Positions 38,535 through 47,267 are shown, counted from the first letter of the stretch. The stretch is 52,303 bases of DNA from an uncultured Candidatus Micrarchaeota archaeon (GCA_903923795.1 CAIXYX010000139.1:1-52303), one strand, 5' to 3'. Translations and numbers: made by a program. The notes: generated from the sequence alone by a model not told the origin.

Positions 38535-38789
38535 GGAATGGCCGGCGGCCGCCCACGGGGTCCTCCCGAGGAAGTTCTGCCCACGGCGCAAATATCTGGC
38601 GGGCGCAAAAGCCCGTATCTCGGAACAGAAACGATACGACGAGCAGCTCGCTATCAGATGACCCTGAATGGGGATGGAGAGGCTCATCGATGAAACGGCC
38701 GAGATCCACCAGATGGCCGTGCAAGGCGCTTTACGCGCCGCTCAGTCGAATGCGGTTAGAACCAAAGGCAGACTATGGCCGGCCGTTCC
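38535..38789 (+). ncRNA. rnpB: RNase P RNA (compact, type M-like)
   Basis: P1 GGAATGGCCGGC/GCCGGCCGTTCC, GAGGAAGTTCTGCCCAC, ACAGAAAC, GATGAAAC, GTGCAAG, and AGAACCAAAGGCAGACTAT closing P4. TATA-like GCATATAAA upstream. Confidence 0.93.
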
Positions 38790-38826
38790 TCATAATCTTC
38801 ATCTGGCGAAGCCAGATGCTCTTCTC

Positions 38827-38872
38827 CTTTTCTTTCCCAGGGGTTTCTTTTCGCGGAGCGAAAAGAAAGGCC
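38827..38872 (+). repeat. Triplex-type three-tract element, copy B (downstream of RNase P RNA)
   Basis: CTTTTCTTT-cccagggg-TTTCTTTTC-gcggagc-GAAAAGAAA-ggcc, preceded by the hairpin CATCTGGC-GAA-GCCAGATG (38800-38818). Confidence 0.85.
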
Positions 38873-39091
38873 TTGTTACACTTCTTTATATCTTTTTTCA
38901 GGTAATATTTCTTCATGCGTTACGGCTTGGAACCAGATATTTTCCCGCTTTCCACGTCTAATCGCAAGAATAGGAACTTCTTCTGTTTTGCCAGCTGAAT
39001 TCACGGTCCAATAGCTGGCAAACGAATTGGGCCGCCGCAAAAAATTTCGAAGAAAAGAAATATCAAACAAACTCATCCGAGGTGCAGTTCT

Positions 39092-39598
39092 ATGGTCATC
39101 AATAAACAAAATATTGGCGAAACGAAAACCAATTCCGGAATAAAGGGAGAAATTTCGAATAATCCCGCATTGAATTTCTCCAATAAAGCTGTCGAATCCA
39201 CCCAATCGAGAAATCTCTCGAAGGTTTCCCCGTCTGCCGCGGCCGGGGAATTGCGGACTGTCCGCGAAAATCTCACTGCCCAAAACCTGGAGCCGGCAAT
39301 TCAGACTCTAAAAGGGCTGGTGCAGGCATACAAAACAAACGAGGTGCCCAATGCCCTGCTCAACGGCTCAGTAGGCATCGAGGTGAGGGCTCTGGCCAAA
39401 ATCCTGCCGTCCGCCATAAATTCGATGGAACAATGGCTCGCCTCCCTCTCGCCCCTTGGCATGACCGATGACCCCAATTGGCATTTTGACGAGGGCGCAC
39501 GGCTTGGTGATTTGCGCGAGATGCAGAAATCAGTAGATGAACTGAGCAGAGCCATCGACGCAAAGCAGAAGAATAATTCCGCCATTAGCAGATGCTGA
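39092..39598 (+). CDS. Hypothetical protein
   Basis: 168-aa ORF with a GAGGTG SD, low-complexity N-terminus and helical C-terminus. Confidence 0.6.
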   Translation: MVINKQNIGETKTNSGIKGEISNNPALNFSNKAVESTQSRNLSKVSPSAAAGELRTVRENLTAQNLEPAIQTLKGLVQAYKTNEVPNALLNGSVGIEVRALAKILPSAINSMEQWLASLSPLGMTDDPNWHFDEGARLGDLREMQKSVDELSRAIDAKQKNNSAISRC

Positions 39599-39817
39599 GC
39601 AGTCCTTTGTTTTTCGTTTATTTTCCATTGCGTGTTTTTGTCCATCCTCGTCGCCCGGCCTGTTACACGGCTTTAAATATCCCATCCGCGCAGTTTATTC
39701 TGTCCACCCCCAACGGCCCTATAACTGGGTTTGGGCGCGATGGGCAGGAGGAGAGTGTTATGGCAACGGGTAATCGGTCTGCAATGGCAACCGAGAGTCG
39801 CACATCAGTGTCGCTAA

Positions 39818-40114
39818 GTGGCACGTCAATGCGCACCATGCCCAAAGGCTATCATCCCTCCATCTGTTTCTGTGATTGGCGATCGGTCCAGTAGTTGGCA
39901 ACGACCTGGGACCCCTGAAACAAACCGGCCCGATGGAACCCCGCAAACCAGAATGGGCGCCGCGGGCCGCAAGTCATTGGACAGGCTGACTGAACAACAA
40001 ATATTGCAGGTGTATTGGTCAGAGCCGCTCTCGTTGCGCGAGATTGCAAAAAGATTCTCGGTGTCGCACATGAGCGTGTGGCGGCTGGTCAGCACCTCGG
40101 CCCGGCCGGTCTGA
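39818..40114 (+). CDS. Small HTH protein (start uncertain; alternative ATG at 39953)
   Basis: C-terminal LSLREIAKRFSVSHMSVWRLV helix-turn-helix. Confidence 0.6.
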   Translation: MARQCAPCPKAIIPPSVSVIGDRSSSWQRPGTPETNRPDGTPQTRMGAAGRKSLDRLTEQQILQVYWSEPLSLREIAKRFSVSHMSVWRLVSTSARPV

Positions 40115-40192
40115 TATTTTATTTTTCTTTCTTTTCATTTCATGGCCCGGCAGGCAATTGCCTTTAAAATATAGGCTTGCATAGGAAGAACT

Positions 40193-40366
40193 ATGAGCGA
40201 CAAAACAACGATTTCGACCCCGCAGTCGCAGGCCGGCATATTCGGCGTGTCGGCAGGCACCAACATGATGGGCTGGAAGTTTTCCCCCCGCGTGGTCGTG
40301 GCATTCGCGATACTCGTGGTGCTGGTCATCAAGGTGCTGGACTACGTGGTTTACACGAGAAAATAG
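40193..40366 (+). CDS. secG: Protein translocase subunit Sec61-beta (not in the ORF track, 57 aa)
   Basis: MSDKTTISTPQSQAGIFGVSAGTNMMGWKFSPRVVVAFAILVVLVIKVLDYVVYTRK has the P.S.AGI motif, K.SP and one C-terminal TM. Confidence 0.85.
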   Translation: MSDKTTISTPQSQAGIFGVSAGTNMMGWKFSPRVVVAFAILVVLVIKVLDYVVYTRK

Positions 40367-40426
40367 AGGGAACTGCTTTCGTTTATTCAAACAGAAAAAT
40401 AATTAAAACAAGAAAAGAATTTCTTC

Positions 40427-40651
40427 TTAGAAGCGGACACTTGAGCCGGAAGCCCGGCCTGTCAAATGCCCGAGTTTGCCAGTCTCGGCGATAGAAGTGT
40501 TTGATTCCTCAATCTTCTTGTGGTAATCGTCACCGCATGCCCTGCAATAAGTGTGCGTGAATCCGTCCCTGTCGAGGACCTGCACCCGCTCCTTGTAGCT
40601 ATTGATGTCTGTTTTGCATTTTTCGCATTCAAGACTTACCATGCCCATCAC
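40427..40651 (-). CDS. Small zinc-finger protein
   Basis: CEKC...CRAC pair in 74 aa. Confidence 0.65.
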   Translation of the reverse strand: MMGMVSLECEKCKTDINSYKERVQVLDRDGFTHTYCRACGDDYHKKIEESNTSIAETGKLGHLTGRASGSSVRF

Positions 40652-40738
40652 CGCCTGTATTGACTTCTCGCCGCTTGCATAAATGAGGTGAAATTAAAAA
40701 AACCAATAGATGTCTGATCGCTAAAACCCCCAAAGGCG

Positions 40739-41035
40739 CTATTTCGCATCGTCTTTGGCTACGAATTTGACCAGCACGAATACTACGGCGGCCACGATGA
40801 TGAAATCGATTAGCGCGCCGACGAAATCGCCGACCAGGAATTTGAATGGACCGAGCTGCAAGACAGCCGACCGCCAGTCGCCCGCCGGAGTGATCACTGC
40901 GATGATGGGCATGATCAGGTCAGCTACGATGGCAGTGACCAATTTGGTGGCCGCGAGGCCGATTATGACTGCCACAGCCAAACCCACAACTTTGTGTTTG
41001 TTCAAAAAACCGACGAACTCGTCCAAAAAGCCCAT
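40739..41035 (-). CDS. mscL: Large-conductance mechanosensitive channel
   Basis: MGFLDEFVGFLNKHKVVGLAVAVIIG...LVTAIVADLIMPII...GDFVGALIDFIIVA. Confidence 0.93.
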   Translation of the reverse strand: MGFLDEFVGFLNKHKVVGLAVAVIIGLAATKLVTAIVADLIMPIIAVITPAGDWRSAVLQLGPFKFLVGDFVGALIDFIIVAAVVFVLVKFVAKDDAK

Positions 41036-41109
41036 ACAACCACCCAAGGAGAGAAAGATGAGAGAAAATAAAAAAGAATGTGCAGGGGCCAAGCCTGCTC
41101 GCAGAGTGC

Positions 41110-42123
41110 CTAATCCATCACGCCTTTTGGCGTCACCTTGAACACGCACTCGCCTTCAGGCATTGACGGCGAATCCACCAATCGTGCGCTGCGCTTCTCC
41201 TCCTTGCCTTTGCGCAAGTACAGCCGGTATGTGGCGGCGTGCGCCAGCACATGCCCGCCAATCGGCACTGTGGGGTCTCCGAACATTATGTCGGGCCGAT
41301 CCATCACCTGATTAGTTATGTAGATGGCGAGGTTGTACTGGTCTGCGAGTCTTTGTAGCGCGTGCACGTGCTTGTTGAGCTTCTGCTGCCTCTCGCCCAA
41401 TGCGCCCCTTCCGACATAATCCGAGCGGAAGTGGCTTGTCATCGAATCCACGACGATGAGCTTGACGGGGTGGGCCCGGATCATTTCGTCAGCCTTGTCC
41501 ACCAGAATCATCTGGTGGTCGGAGTTGATGGCCTTTGCCACGTGGATTTTTTTGAGCACTTTTTCGGCATCCATTCCCGAAGCCTCGGCCAATTGCACGA
41601 TGCGCTCGGGCCTAAACGTGCTTTCGGTGTCGATGAACAGGACTTCGGAATCCTCGCCCATGCCCCCCTCATGCGCCGGTTTTTGCACGTTCACCGCCAG
41701 CTGGAAGCCCACTTGGGATTTTCCGCTGCTGAATTTCCCGTAGCATTCCGTAATCGCCATCGTCTCCACGCCGCCGCCGATGAGGTTGTCGAGCTCCTTG
41801 GAGCCTGTGGATATGCGCGAGACGAGCTTGCGCCGCTCGAGAATCACGTCTGCTGTATCATACCCCATCTCGAGCGCATCTCTTGCCGCCGAAATGGTCT
41901 TTTTCGCCGTTTCCACTCCTATCTCGGCTATCTCGTCCAATTCGTGGGGGGATGCTGCCGCAATCTTCTCGAAATCGACATAGCCTGCCCTTCTCAGCTT
42001 CTCGGCCGTCACGTCACCTACTCCCGGCAGGTCCTCGAGCACTTTCGCCTTCTTGGTGGGCTTCTCCTCTTTCTCTGTCTTCTCCACCATCTCCATCACC
42101 ATTTCTGCATCTTTCTTCGCCAT
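41110..42123 (-). CDS. radA: DNA repair and recombination protein RadA
   Basis: Hh[48 protein letters not shown]. Confidence 0.98.
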   Translation of the reverse strand: MAKKDAEMVMEMVEKTEKEEKPTKKAKVLEDLPGVGDVTAEKLRRAGYVDFEKIAAASPHELDEIAEIGVETAKKTISAARDALEMGYDTADVILERRKLVSRISTGSKELDNLIGGGVETMAITECYGKFSSGKSQVGFQLAVNVQKPAHEGGMGEDSEVLFIDTESTFRPERIVQLAEASGMDAEKVLKKIHVAKAINSDHQMILVDKADEMIRAHPVKLIVVDSMTSHFRSDYVGRGALGERQQKLNKHVHALQRLADQYNLAIYITNQVMDRPDIMFGDPTVPIGGHVLAHAATYRLYLRKGKEEKRSARLVDSPSMPEGECVFKVTPKGVMD

Positions 42124-42198
42124 GTGAATCACCCTTGAAACATATTAGACTATCTCTTTGGTTGCATTTCGCGTCATGCATACTGCATCATCGCATCT

Positions 42199-42489
42199 CT
42201 ATTGCTGCAACTTCTGGTTAGGGAACACCAGCAACCTCAGCTTGCCGATTTTAAGGGTGTAGAACTCCTTGCCCGTTTTCTGGCTGACATTGTGCCAGAG
42301 CGCGCCGACATCCTTGAAAATCGTCTTTCCTTCGGTCAGGTTGTATTCGGGCTGAACGACACGAAAATCGGGTTGTCGCGGAACCGCAGGGGGGCTCTGC
42401 CCCCCTTCAGTTTGACGTTCTTCCGGATTCCCCCCGACGGCGAAAATCTCATCCGGCATTTCGCCCGAGCCGGCGTCCTCTTGTTCCAT
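42199..42489 (-). CDS. Small hypothetical protein (DUF736-like beta fold)
   Basis: VGALW..VSQKTGKEFYTLKIG..LLVFPN pattern. Co-oriented directly upstream of radA. Confidence 0.6.
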   Translation of the reverse strand: MEQEDAGSGEMPDEIFAVGGNPEERQTEGGQSPPAVPRQPDFRVVQPEYNLTEGKTIFKDVGALWHNVSQKTGKEFYTLKIGKLRLLVFPNQKLQQ

Positions 42490-42623
42490 TTTTCCACTTC
42501 CACCAAATTTCGTGGGCGAAATTCAGTGATAGACGTTAGAACCGAAGTCCCCTTTTAAAGCGCGGAAGGGGTAGGTTTCCGGTGGTCTTCCGGTGGCTTT
42601 TTACGACGATAGAATCAGAATAA

Positions 42624-43109
42624 TTATTTCTTCCCGCCCGTCTCTCCTTTGAATTTCGCCTTCACCAATTCGTGGTTCGCCCTCAAAAACTCCTCGGCGG
42701 ATGACAGCATCCTCTTCGCATTCTCAAAAGTGACCATGTGGATTCCGCGCGAATACGGCACCCAGCGCGCCCCCTTGTGCTCGTGCGAGATGCGCACCTC
42801 GTATTCGTCTGTTCTCGCGAGCATGAATGTCACTAATTTCGAGCGCAATCCATGGCCGGCTCTTGCGCCGAATTCGTACTCGTACTCGTATTTGAAGCCG
42901 GGCAGCACGTCAGCGCGTGTTATTCCTGTCTCCTCGGTCAATTCCCGTCTTGCCGTCTCCTCTTCCTCTTCATTCTTCTCGACATGGCCTTTTGGGAAAT
43001 CCCAGTGCCCCGCCTTGTAGTGCATGAGCAGATAGTAGCGCTTCTCACCTAATTGACGAAAGAGTACGAATCCGCAGGAATGCTCCTGCTCGCGGGCATG
43101 CTCGGTCAT
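42624..43109 (-). CDS. Nudix hydrolase (Ap4A hydrolase-like)
   Basis: GHWDFPKGHVEKNEEEEETARRELTEETG Nudix box and ISHEH motif. Confidence 0.92.
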   Translation of the reverse strand: MTEHAREQEHSCGFVLFRQLGEKRYYLLMHYKAGHWDFPKGHVEKNEEEEETARRELTEETGITRADVLPGFKYEYEYEFGARAGHGLRSKLVTFMLARTDEYEVRISHEHKGARWVPYSRGIHMVTFENAKRMLSSAEEFLRANHELVKAKFKGETGGKK

Positions 43110-43188
43110 ACGAATACAACCCATCGGCGCTATATAAAATGCGGCGTCGGCCCGGCTTTTTGGTTTGGCGAAAAAAATCATTTTCGGT

Positions 43189-43653
43189 TCACGTGAACGA
43201 GCATGAGCCCGCGATGGGTTTGGCGCCTATCTCGCGCTGGCTTGGCAAATCGAACGAGTCGTATTCGAACGTGAGATTGTAGATGAATGAATCATATTGC
43301 CCGACCACGCAGGGCGGTAAGCCCGGGATGCTCACGGATTTGTCGCCTCCCGGCCTCCAGCTCCAGCCCGCGCCCAGGTTTGCCGTCACATTTCCCACAA
43401 TCACTTTGCGCATGATAAGCTGCTCGGTGAACCTATTGACCACGCGCAGATAGAGGGTGTCGTTGATTTGCGTCCATTCCATGACGCCGAACGGGCGTAT
43501 GGGGCCGCCCCAATAGCTTTTCGACTCTGATTCGGCCGCGGCGTTGCCGGTGTTGAAAATCCCGCCCAGAAGCACGACGCCGATGAGGACTACCACCAGC
43601 ACTACGGCTAAGAGGATGAGGTATTCTGCTGCAGCCTGGCCACGGGTGGACAT
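43189..43653 (-). CDS. Class III signal peptide (type IV pilin-like) protein
   Basis: MSTRG|QAAAEYLILLAVVLVVVLIG: RG|Q cleavage site, E at +5, hydrophobic helix. Confidence 0.88.
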   Translation of the reverse strand: MSTRGQAAAEYLILLAVVLVVVLIGVVLLGGIFNTGNAAAESESKSYWGGPIRPFGVMEWTQINDTLYLRVVNRFTEQLIMRKVIVGNVTANLGAGWSWRPGGDKSVSIPGLPPCVVGQYDSFIYNLTFEYDSFDLPSQREIGAKPIAGSCSFT

Positions 43654-43774
43654 CGATTCTATCGAGAAGCCGTTATTTATATAGGTTATCGGGCTCCGCC
43701 CCATCGAGGAGAATGCCGAGCCTCCAAGCGGTTTTGGGCATCGGCTATAAATGCATTGTTGTCGACATCAATGC

Positions 43775-45166
43775 ATGTCGCTTTTCGGCACCTCCGGCAT
43801 CCGGGATTTATGCCCAAGGAACGTGAGTCCCGCGCTCGCGCGCTCGTTGGGCGAGCTTTTGGGCGAGCAGTCAAAACCATGGCTGAATATCAGTGCGGAG
43901 CAGGCAGACGGGCCAGTGGTTGTCGGCTTTGACGGCCGCCGTTCCGGTTTCGCCCTCAAATCCGCCGTAATCGCGGGCGCGGCAGGCGCGGGCGCGCAGG
44001 TGGATGACTTGGGCCTCTGCGCCACGCCGACGCTCGCATTGCGGGCGAAAATGCGCAGAGCTTGGGGCATCATGGTGACAGCCTCGCACAACCCGCCCGA
44101 ATACAACGGGCTCAAGGTGTTTTGGCGCGGGCAGGAGACGCCGGGCGCATGGGAGCATAGGATAGAGGAAGCCCTCGAGGCGCGGCAGGCGGGCTTGACA
44201 AGACCGCACCACCATGCGTGGTCCTCGGCAGGCTCGATCAACACGGTCGGAGAAAAAGCCGCCGCCGCTCATTTGAAGCTCTTGCTCAAATCGGTCGACG
44301 CAAAACTCATCAAAAAAAGAAAACCCCGCGTGGTGGTTGACTGCGCCAATGCGGCCGGCTGTGCCCTCATGCCGATGGCGCTCGAGGCTGCGGGATGCCG
44401 AGTCGAGGTGCTCAATGGAGTGGCGGGCGAGCCCTATGGCAGGATAATAGAGCCGAAAAAAGAGACTCTGGGCGCGCTTGGCAGGGCGGTGCGCCGTCTC
44501 CATGCTGATTTGGGCATAGCGCACGACGGAGACGCCGACAGGGCAATAGTTGTCGATGAGAAAGGCAAGATGATTGGCCTCGACACCCAGCTCGCGTTAG
44601 TGACAAAAGATGCCCTCGAGCATACGAAACAAAAATCTCCTCTTGTCATCTCCACTGTCGAATCCTCGCTCTCATTGCGCGAAGTGGTCTCATCGCACGG
44701 CGGCAGGCTCTCCATCACGCCTGTCGGCAGCAGGAATGTGGCCGCGCATTTGCGGGCTGATGGCGCCGTGTTCGGCGGCGAGCCGTGCGGGGAATATGTT
44801 TTCACTCATGGAGTGGGCGTGCCGGATGGGTTGATGGCAGGCCTCTTCTTTGTCGAATTATTCTGCCGCAGCGGCAAATTGTCAAAACAGGCGAAAGAGA
44901 TTCCCGCTTATCCGATTCATCGGCAGAAAATCGCATGTTCGAATTCGCACAAGAAAGATGCAATGACGCGCATCGCGGCAGACTGGCCTTTCTTCAAACC
45001 ATCGCATGTCGATGGCCTTCGCACTGATTTGCCAGATGGTTGGGTGCTGGTGAGGCCATCTGGCACAGAGCCATACATGCGCCTCACCGCAGAGGCAACG
45101 ACAAAAAAAGAGCTGGAAAAAATTGTCGGCGTGGTTGGGCGGATTGTGGAGAGGGCGTGCAGTTGA
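43775..45166 (+). CDS. Phosphohexomutase (phosphoglucosamine/phosphomanno-mutase)
   Basis: LFGTSGIR, TASHNPPEYNG, DGDADR, GGEPCG and VRPSGTEP motifs. Confidence 0.95.
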   Translation: MSLFGTSGIRDLCPRNVSPALARSLGELLGEQSKPWLNISAEQADGPVVVGFDGRRSGFALKSAVIAGAAGAGAQVDDLGLCATPTLALRAKMRRAWGIMVTASHNPPEYNGLKVFWRGQETPGAWEHRIEEALEARQAGLTRPHHHAWSSAGSINTVGEKAAAAHLKLLLKSVDAKLIKKRKPRVVVDCANAAGCALMPMALEAAGCRVEVLNGVAGEPYGRIIEPKKETLGALGRAVRRLHADLGIAHDGDADRAIVVDEKGKMIGLDTQLALVTKDALEHTKQKSPLVISTVESSLSLREVVSSHGGRLSITPVGSRNVAAHLRADGAVFGGEPCGEYVFTHGVGVPDGLMAGLFFVELFCRSGKLSKQAKEIPAYPIHRQKIACSNSHKKDAMTRIAADWPFFKPSHVDGLRTDLPDGWVLVRPSGTEPYMRLTAEATTKKELEKIVGVVGRIVERACS

Positions 45167-45179
45167 GTGGAAACTCACT

Positions 45180-46130
45180 CTATTTCTTGCCGAACTTCTT
45201 CTTCAGATTTCTCAGCATGTCATCCGCCATCTTGTCCAAATCGTACTGGTGCTTCCAATTCCAGTCCGCTCTCGCCGACTTGTCCTCGATGCTCTGCGGC
45301 CACGAATCGGCGATTTTTTGCCGGTGGTCGGGTTTGTAGGTGCAGGAGAAGCCCGGCACTTTTTTCTTGACTACGGCAGCAAGCTCTTCGGCTGAAAAAG
45401 AGATGGCTGCGAAATTGTAAGCAGTATTCACCTTGATCTTCTCTATTGGCGCTTCCATAAGCTCTATTGTGCCCCTAATGGCGTCCGGCATATACATCAT
45501 GGGCAGCACGGTTTTCGGGCCCACGAAATTCTCATAAGAGCCTTTTTGCACGGCGTCATAGAAGATGGCCACCGCGTAATCAGTCGTGCCGCCGCCGGGC
45601 GGAGTCTTCCATGAGACAAGACCGGGATAGCGCACCGAGCGCACATCAACGCCCCACCTCAACTTGTAGTATTGGCAGAGCAATTCACCCGCCACTTTCG
45701 TCACGCCGTACATGGTGGTCGGCTCGAGGCTGGTGTATTGCGGCGTGTTGACTCTTGGAGTGGTGGGGCCGAATGCCGCTATTGAGGAGGGCCAGAAAAT
45801 CTGCAATTTGTGAGCCTTGGCCAATTCAAGCACATGGCGCAATGAATCCATGTTCAGGCGCCAGCACAAATCAGGGTCTTTCTCGCCGGTGGCGGAGAGG
45901 AGGGCGGCAAGATGGAAGACGGTGTCGATTTGGTATTTTTTTATTAGAGCCTCGATGGATGTTTTGCTTGTGGCATCGCCCAATTCCCACGGCCCGCCTT
46001 TTTTCTGCTCCTCGGACGGCTCGCGTAAATCCATTCCGATTACGTTGTCCTGGCCATATTTTGTGCGCAGAGCGGCGATTAATTCAGAGCCGATTTGGCC
46101 ATTTGCGCCGATGATAAGGATTTTTTTCAT
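45180..46130 (-). CDS. SDR-type L-threonine 3-dehydrogenase-like NAD-dependent enzyme
   Basis: GANGQIG, HLAALLSATGE, PSSIAAFG, YGVTK, PGGGTTDYAV, RQKIADSWP. Confidence 0.9.
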   Translation of the reverse strand: MKKILIIGANGQIGSELIAALRTKYGQDNVIGMDLREPSEEQKKGGPWELGDATSKTSIEALIKKYQIDTVFHLAALLSATGEKDPDLCWRLNMDSLRHVLELAKAHKLQIFWPSSIAAFGPTTPRVNTPQYTSLEPTTMYGVTKVAGELLCQYYKLRWGVDVRSVRYPGLVSWKTPPGGGTTDYAVAIFYDAVQKGSYENFVGPKTVLPMMYMPDAIRGTIELMEAPIEKIKVNTAYNFAAISFSAEELAAVVKKKVPGFSCTYKPDHRQKIADSWPQSIEDKSARADWNWKHQYDLDKMADDMLRNLKKKFGKK

Positions 46131-46241
46131 GATGACACCTCGGTTGAAGGATTTGAACTATCAGTTTGAGCGGGGCGAGATTTTTATGGAGGCACGTTCG
46201 ATGATTGACGGAAAAAATAGAATGCGGATTTTGCTCATCAC

Positions 46242-46943
46242 TCAGATTTTCGACGCAGATGCCATGAAGTCGATGAGCAGCTCCTCGAAAAGCGGGCATC
46301 TCCCGCTGCACTCGGTCAGGCCGCTGAAGCGCGCTGTCAGGTCGGCATTGCCATAGGCTTTTACCAGCGAGTCGAGTTTCGCGACAGCTTTCGCGGCCGC
46401 GGTTTCATCCCCGGCGGCTCGCGCGTCATACCAATAGGTTGCCTCAATCACCATGGCATGTCCTGCCAAGCGGGGGTCTCTCGCCGCCAATTCTCCGGCC
46501 GCCTGTATATAGACACGATTATCACAGCCTGAATTGGCGCAGGAGAGCACGGGCGCCCATGTCATGCGGGACGCTTCGTTGTCGCCGGTTGTCAATTTGG
46601 CGCGGATGCCATCGGTCTGAATCGACAGGTCGGCATATGTGCCGTTCTTGGCAGTCTGGCGTAAGGTAAAGAGGGCGGTGAGATAATCGTCAGTTTCGCC
46701 GGATGATGCGCTCATCATGCCGAAGCCCAAAGCTTTGGCGTTCGAGAAATCCATGCGCATGTGCCCATTCGCGCCCGTTCCCGCTCCGGCGCCAATCAGG
46801 CCGATGCTCTCGAGGTAATAGGAGAGGAGCCAGAGGCTGAATAGGGCCCATATGGCAAGGAAAAGGACGAGCGCGAGGCGTTGCCAGCTGAACTTGAAGC
46901 TTTGGGGCTTTCCCCAACCCTTTCCGGCGTCATTGGCTCGCAT
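46242..46943 (-). CDS. Membrane-anchored hypothetical protein
   Basis: One N-terminal TM, Gly linker, Cys pairs. Confidence 0.65.
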   Translation of the reverse strand: MRANDAGKGWGKPQSFKFSWQRLALVLFLAIWALFSLWLLSYYLESIGLIGAGAGTGANGHMRMDFSNAKALGFGMMSASSGETDDYLTALFTLRQTAKNGTYADLSIQTDGIRAKLTTGDNEASRMTWAPVLSCANSGCDNRVYIQAAGELAARDPRLAGHAMVIEATYWYDARAAGDETAAAKAVAKLDSLVKAYGNADLTARFSGLTECSGRCPLFEELLIDFMASASKI

Positions 46944-47009
46944 AGAGGTACGACGGACTAACGGTTTTTAACAGTTGCGAACTTGGCGCACAAAAAGAAA
47001 ACAAGCGGC

Positions 47010-47023
47010 TAGCCCCCGACGAG
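47010..47023 (-). repeat. 14-nt duplicate of the tRNA-Thr-fragment 3' end
   Basis: TAGCCCCCGACGAG is identical to 47100-47113. Confidence 0.8.
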
Positions 47024-47068
47024 CCCTTTTCTTTCTCCGAAAGAAAAGTGCTTCACCCCAAAAGAAAG
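47021..47068 (-). repeat. Triplex-type three-tract element, copy C
   Basis: Minus strand: CTTTCTTTT-ggggtgaagcac-TTTTCTTTC-gga-GAAAGAAAA-gggctc, preceded by the hairpin CCGGCCGAAGGCCGG. Confidence 0.85.
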
Positions 47069-47100
47069 AGATTTGCCGGCCTTCGGCCGGAATTTGATTT

Positions 47101-47135
47101 AGCCCCCGACGAGGATTGAACTCGTGACCTCGTGC
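47101..47135 (-). pseudogene. Displaced 3' half (positions 39-73) of a tRNA-Thr allele
   Basis: GCACGAGGTCACGAGTTCAATCCTCGTCGGGGGCT versus the gene's GCACGAGGTCATGGGTTCAATCCCCATCGGGGGCT; the four differences are compensatory in the T-stem. Confidence 0.88.
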
Positions 47136-47190
47136 GAGCCCTTTTTCTTTTCGCGGAAAAGAAAAAGTGCTTCAGCCCAAAAAGAAAAGG
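47136..47190 (-). repeat. Triplex-type three-tract element, copy D
   Basis: Minus strand: CTTTTCTTTTT-gggctgaagcac-TTTTTCTTTTC-cgc-GAAAAGAAAAA-gggctc. Confidence 0.85.
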
Positions 47191-47195
47191 CAATT

Positions 47196-47267
47196 AGCCC
47201 CCGATGGGGATTGAACCCATGACCTCGTGCTTACCATGCACGCGCTCTACCGCTGAGCTACAGGGGC
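47196..47267 (-). tRNA. tRNA-Thr (anticodon GGT)
   Basis: GCCCCTG TA GCTCAGCGGTAGAGC G CGTGC ATGGTAA GCACG AGGTC ATGGG TTCAATC CCCAT CGGGGGC T, a full 72-nt cloverleaf. Confidence 0.96.

Noticed and set aside
38229..38961. Several 64-126 aa ORFs on both strands
   Set aside because: They overlie tRNA-Met, RNase P RNA and the triplex elements. The F/S/K/R-rich translations come from the T/A tracts.
47101..47135. Trans-spliced split-tRNA 3' half
   Set aside because: It starts at position 39 rather than 38, no BHB or matching 5' half with a complementary leader is visible, and an intact gene lies next to it.
47010..47205. TAGCCCCCGA repeated three times at 90-95 nt spacing as a possible CRISPR array
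   Set aside because: The repeat is the tRNA-Thr 3' end, the 'spacers' resemble each other, and no cas genes are present.
45180..47267. Threonine dehydrogenase close to tRNA-Thr as a threonine-sensing module
   Set aside because: An unrelated gene lies between them and there is no T-box-like leader; likely coincidence.
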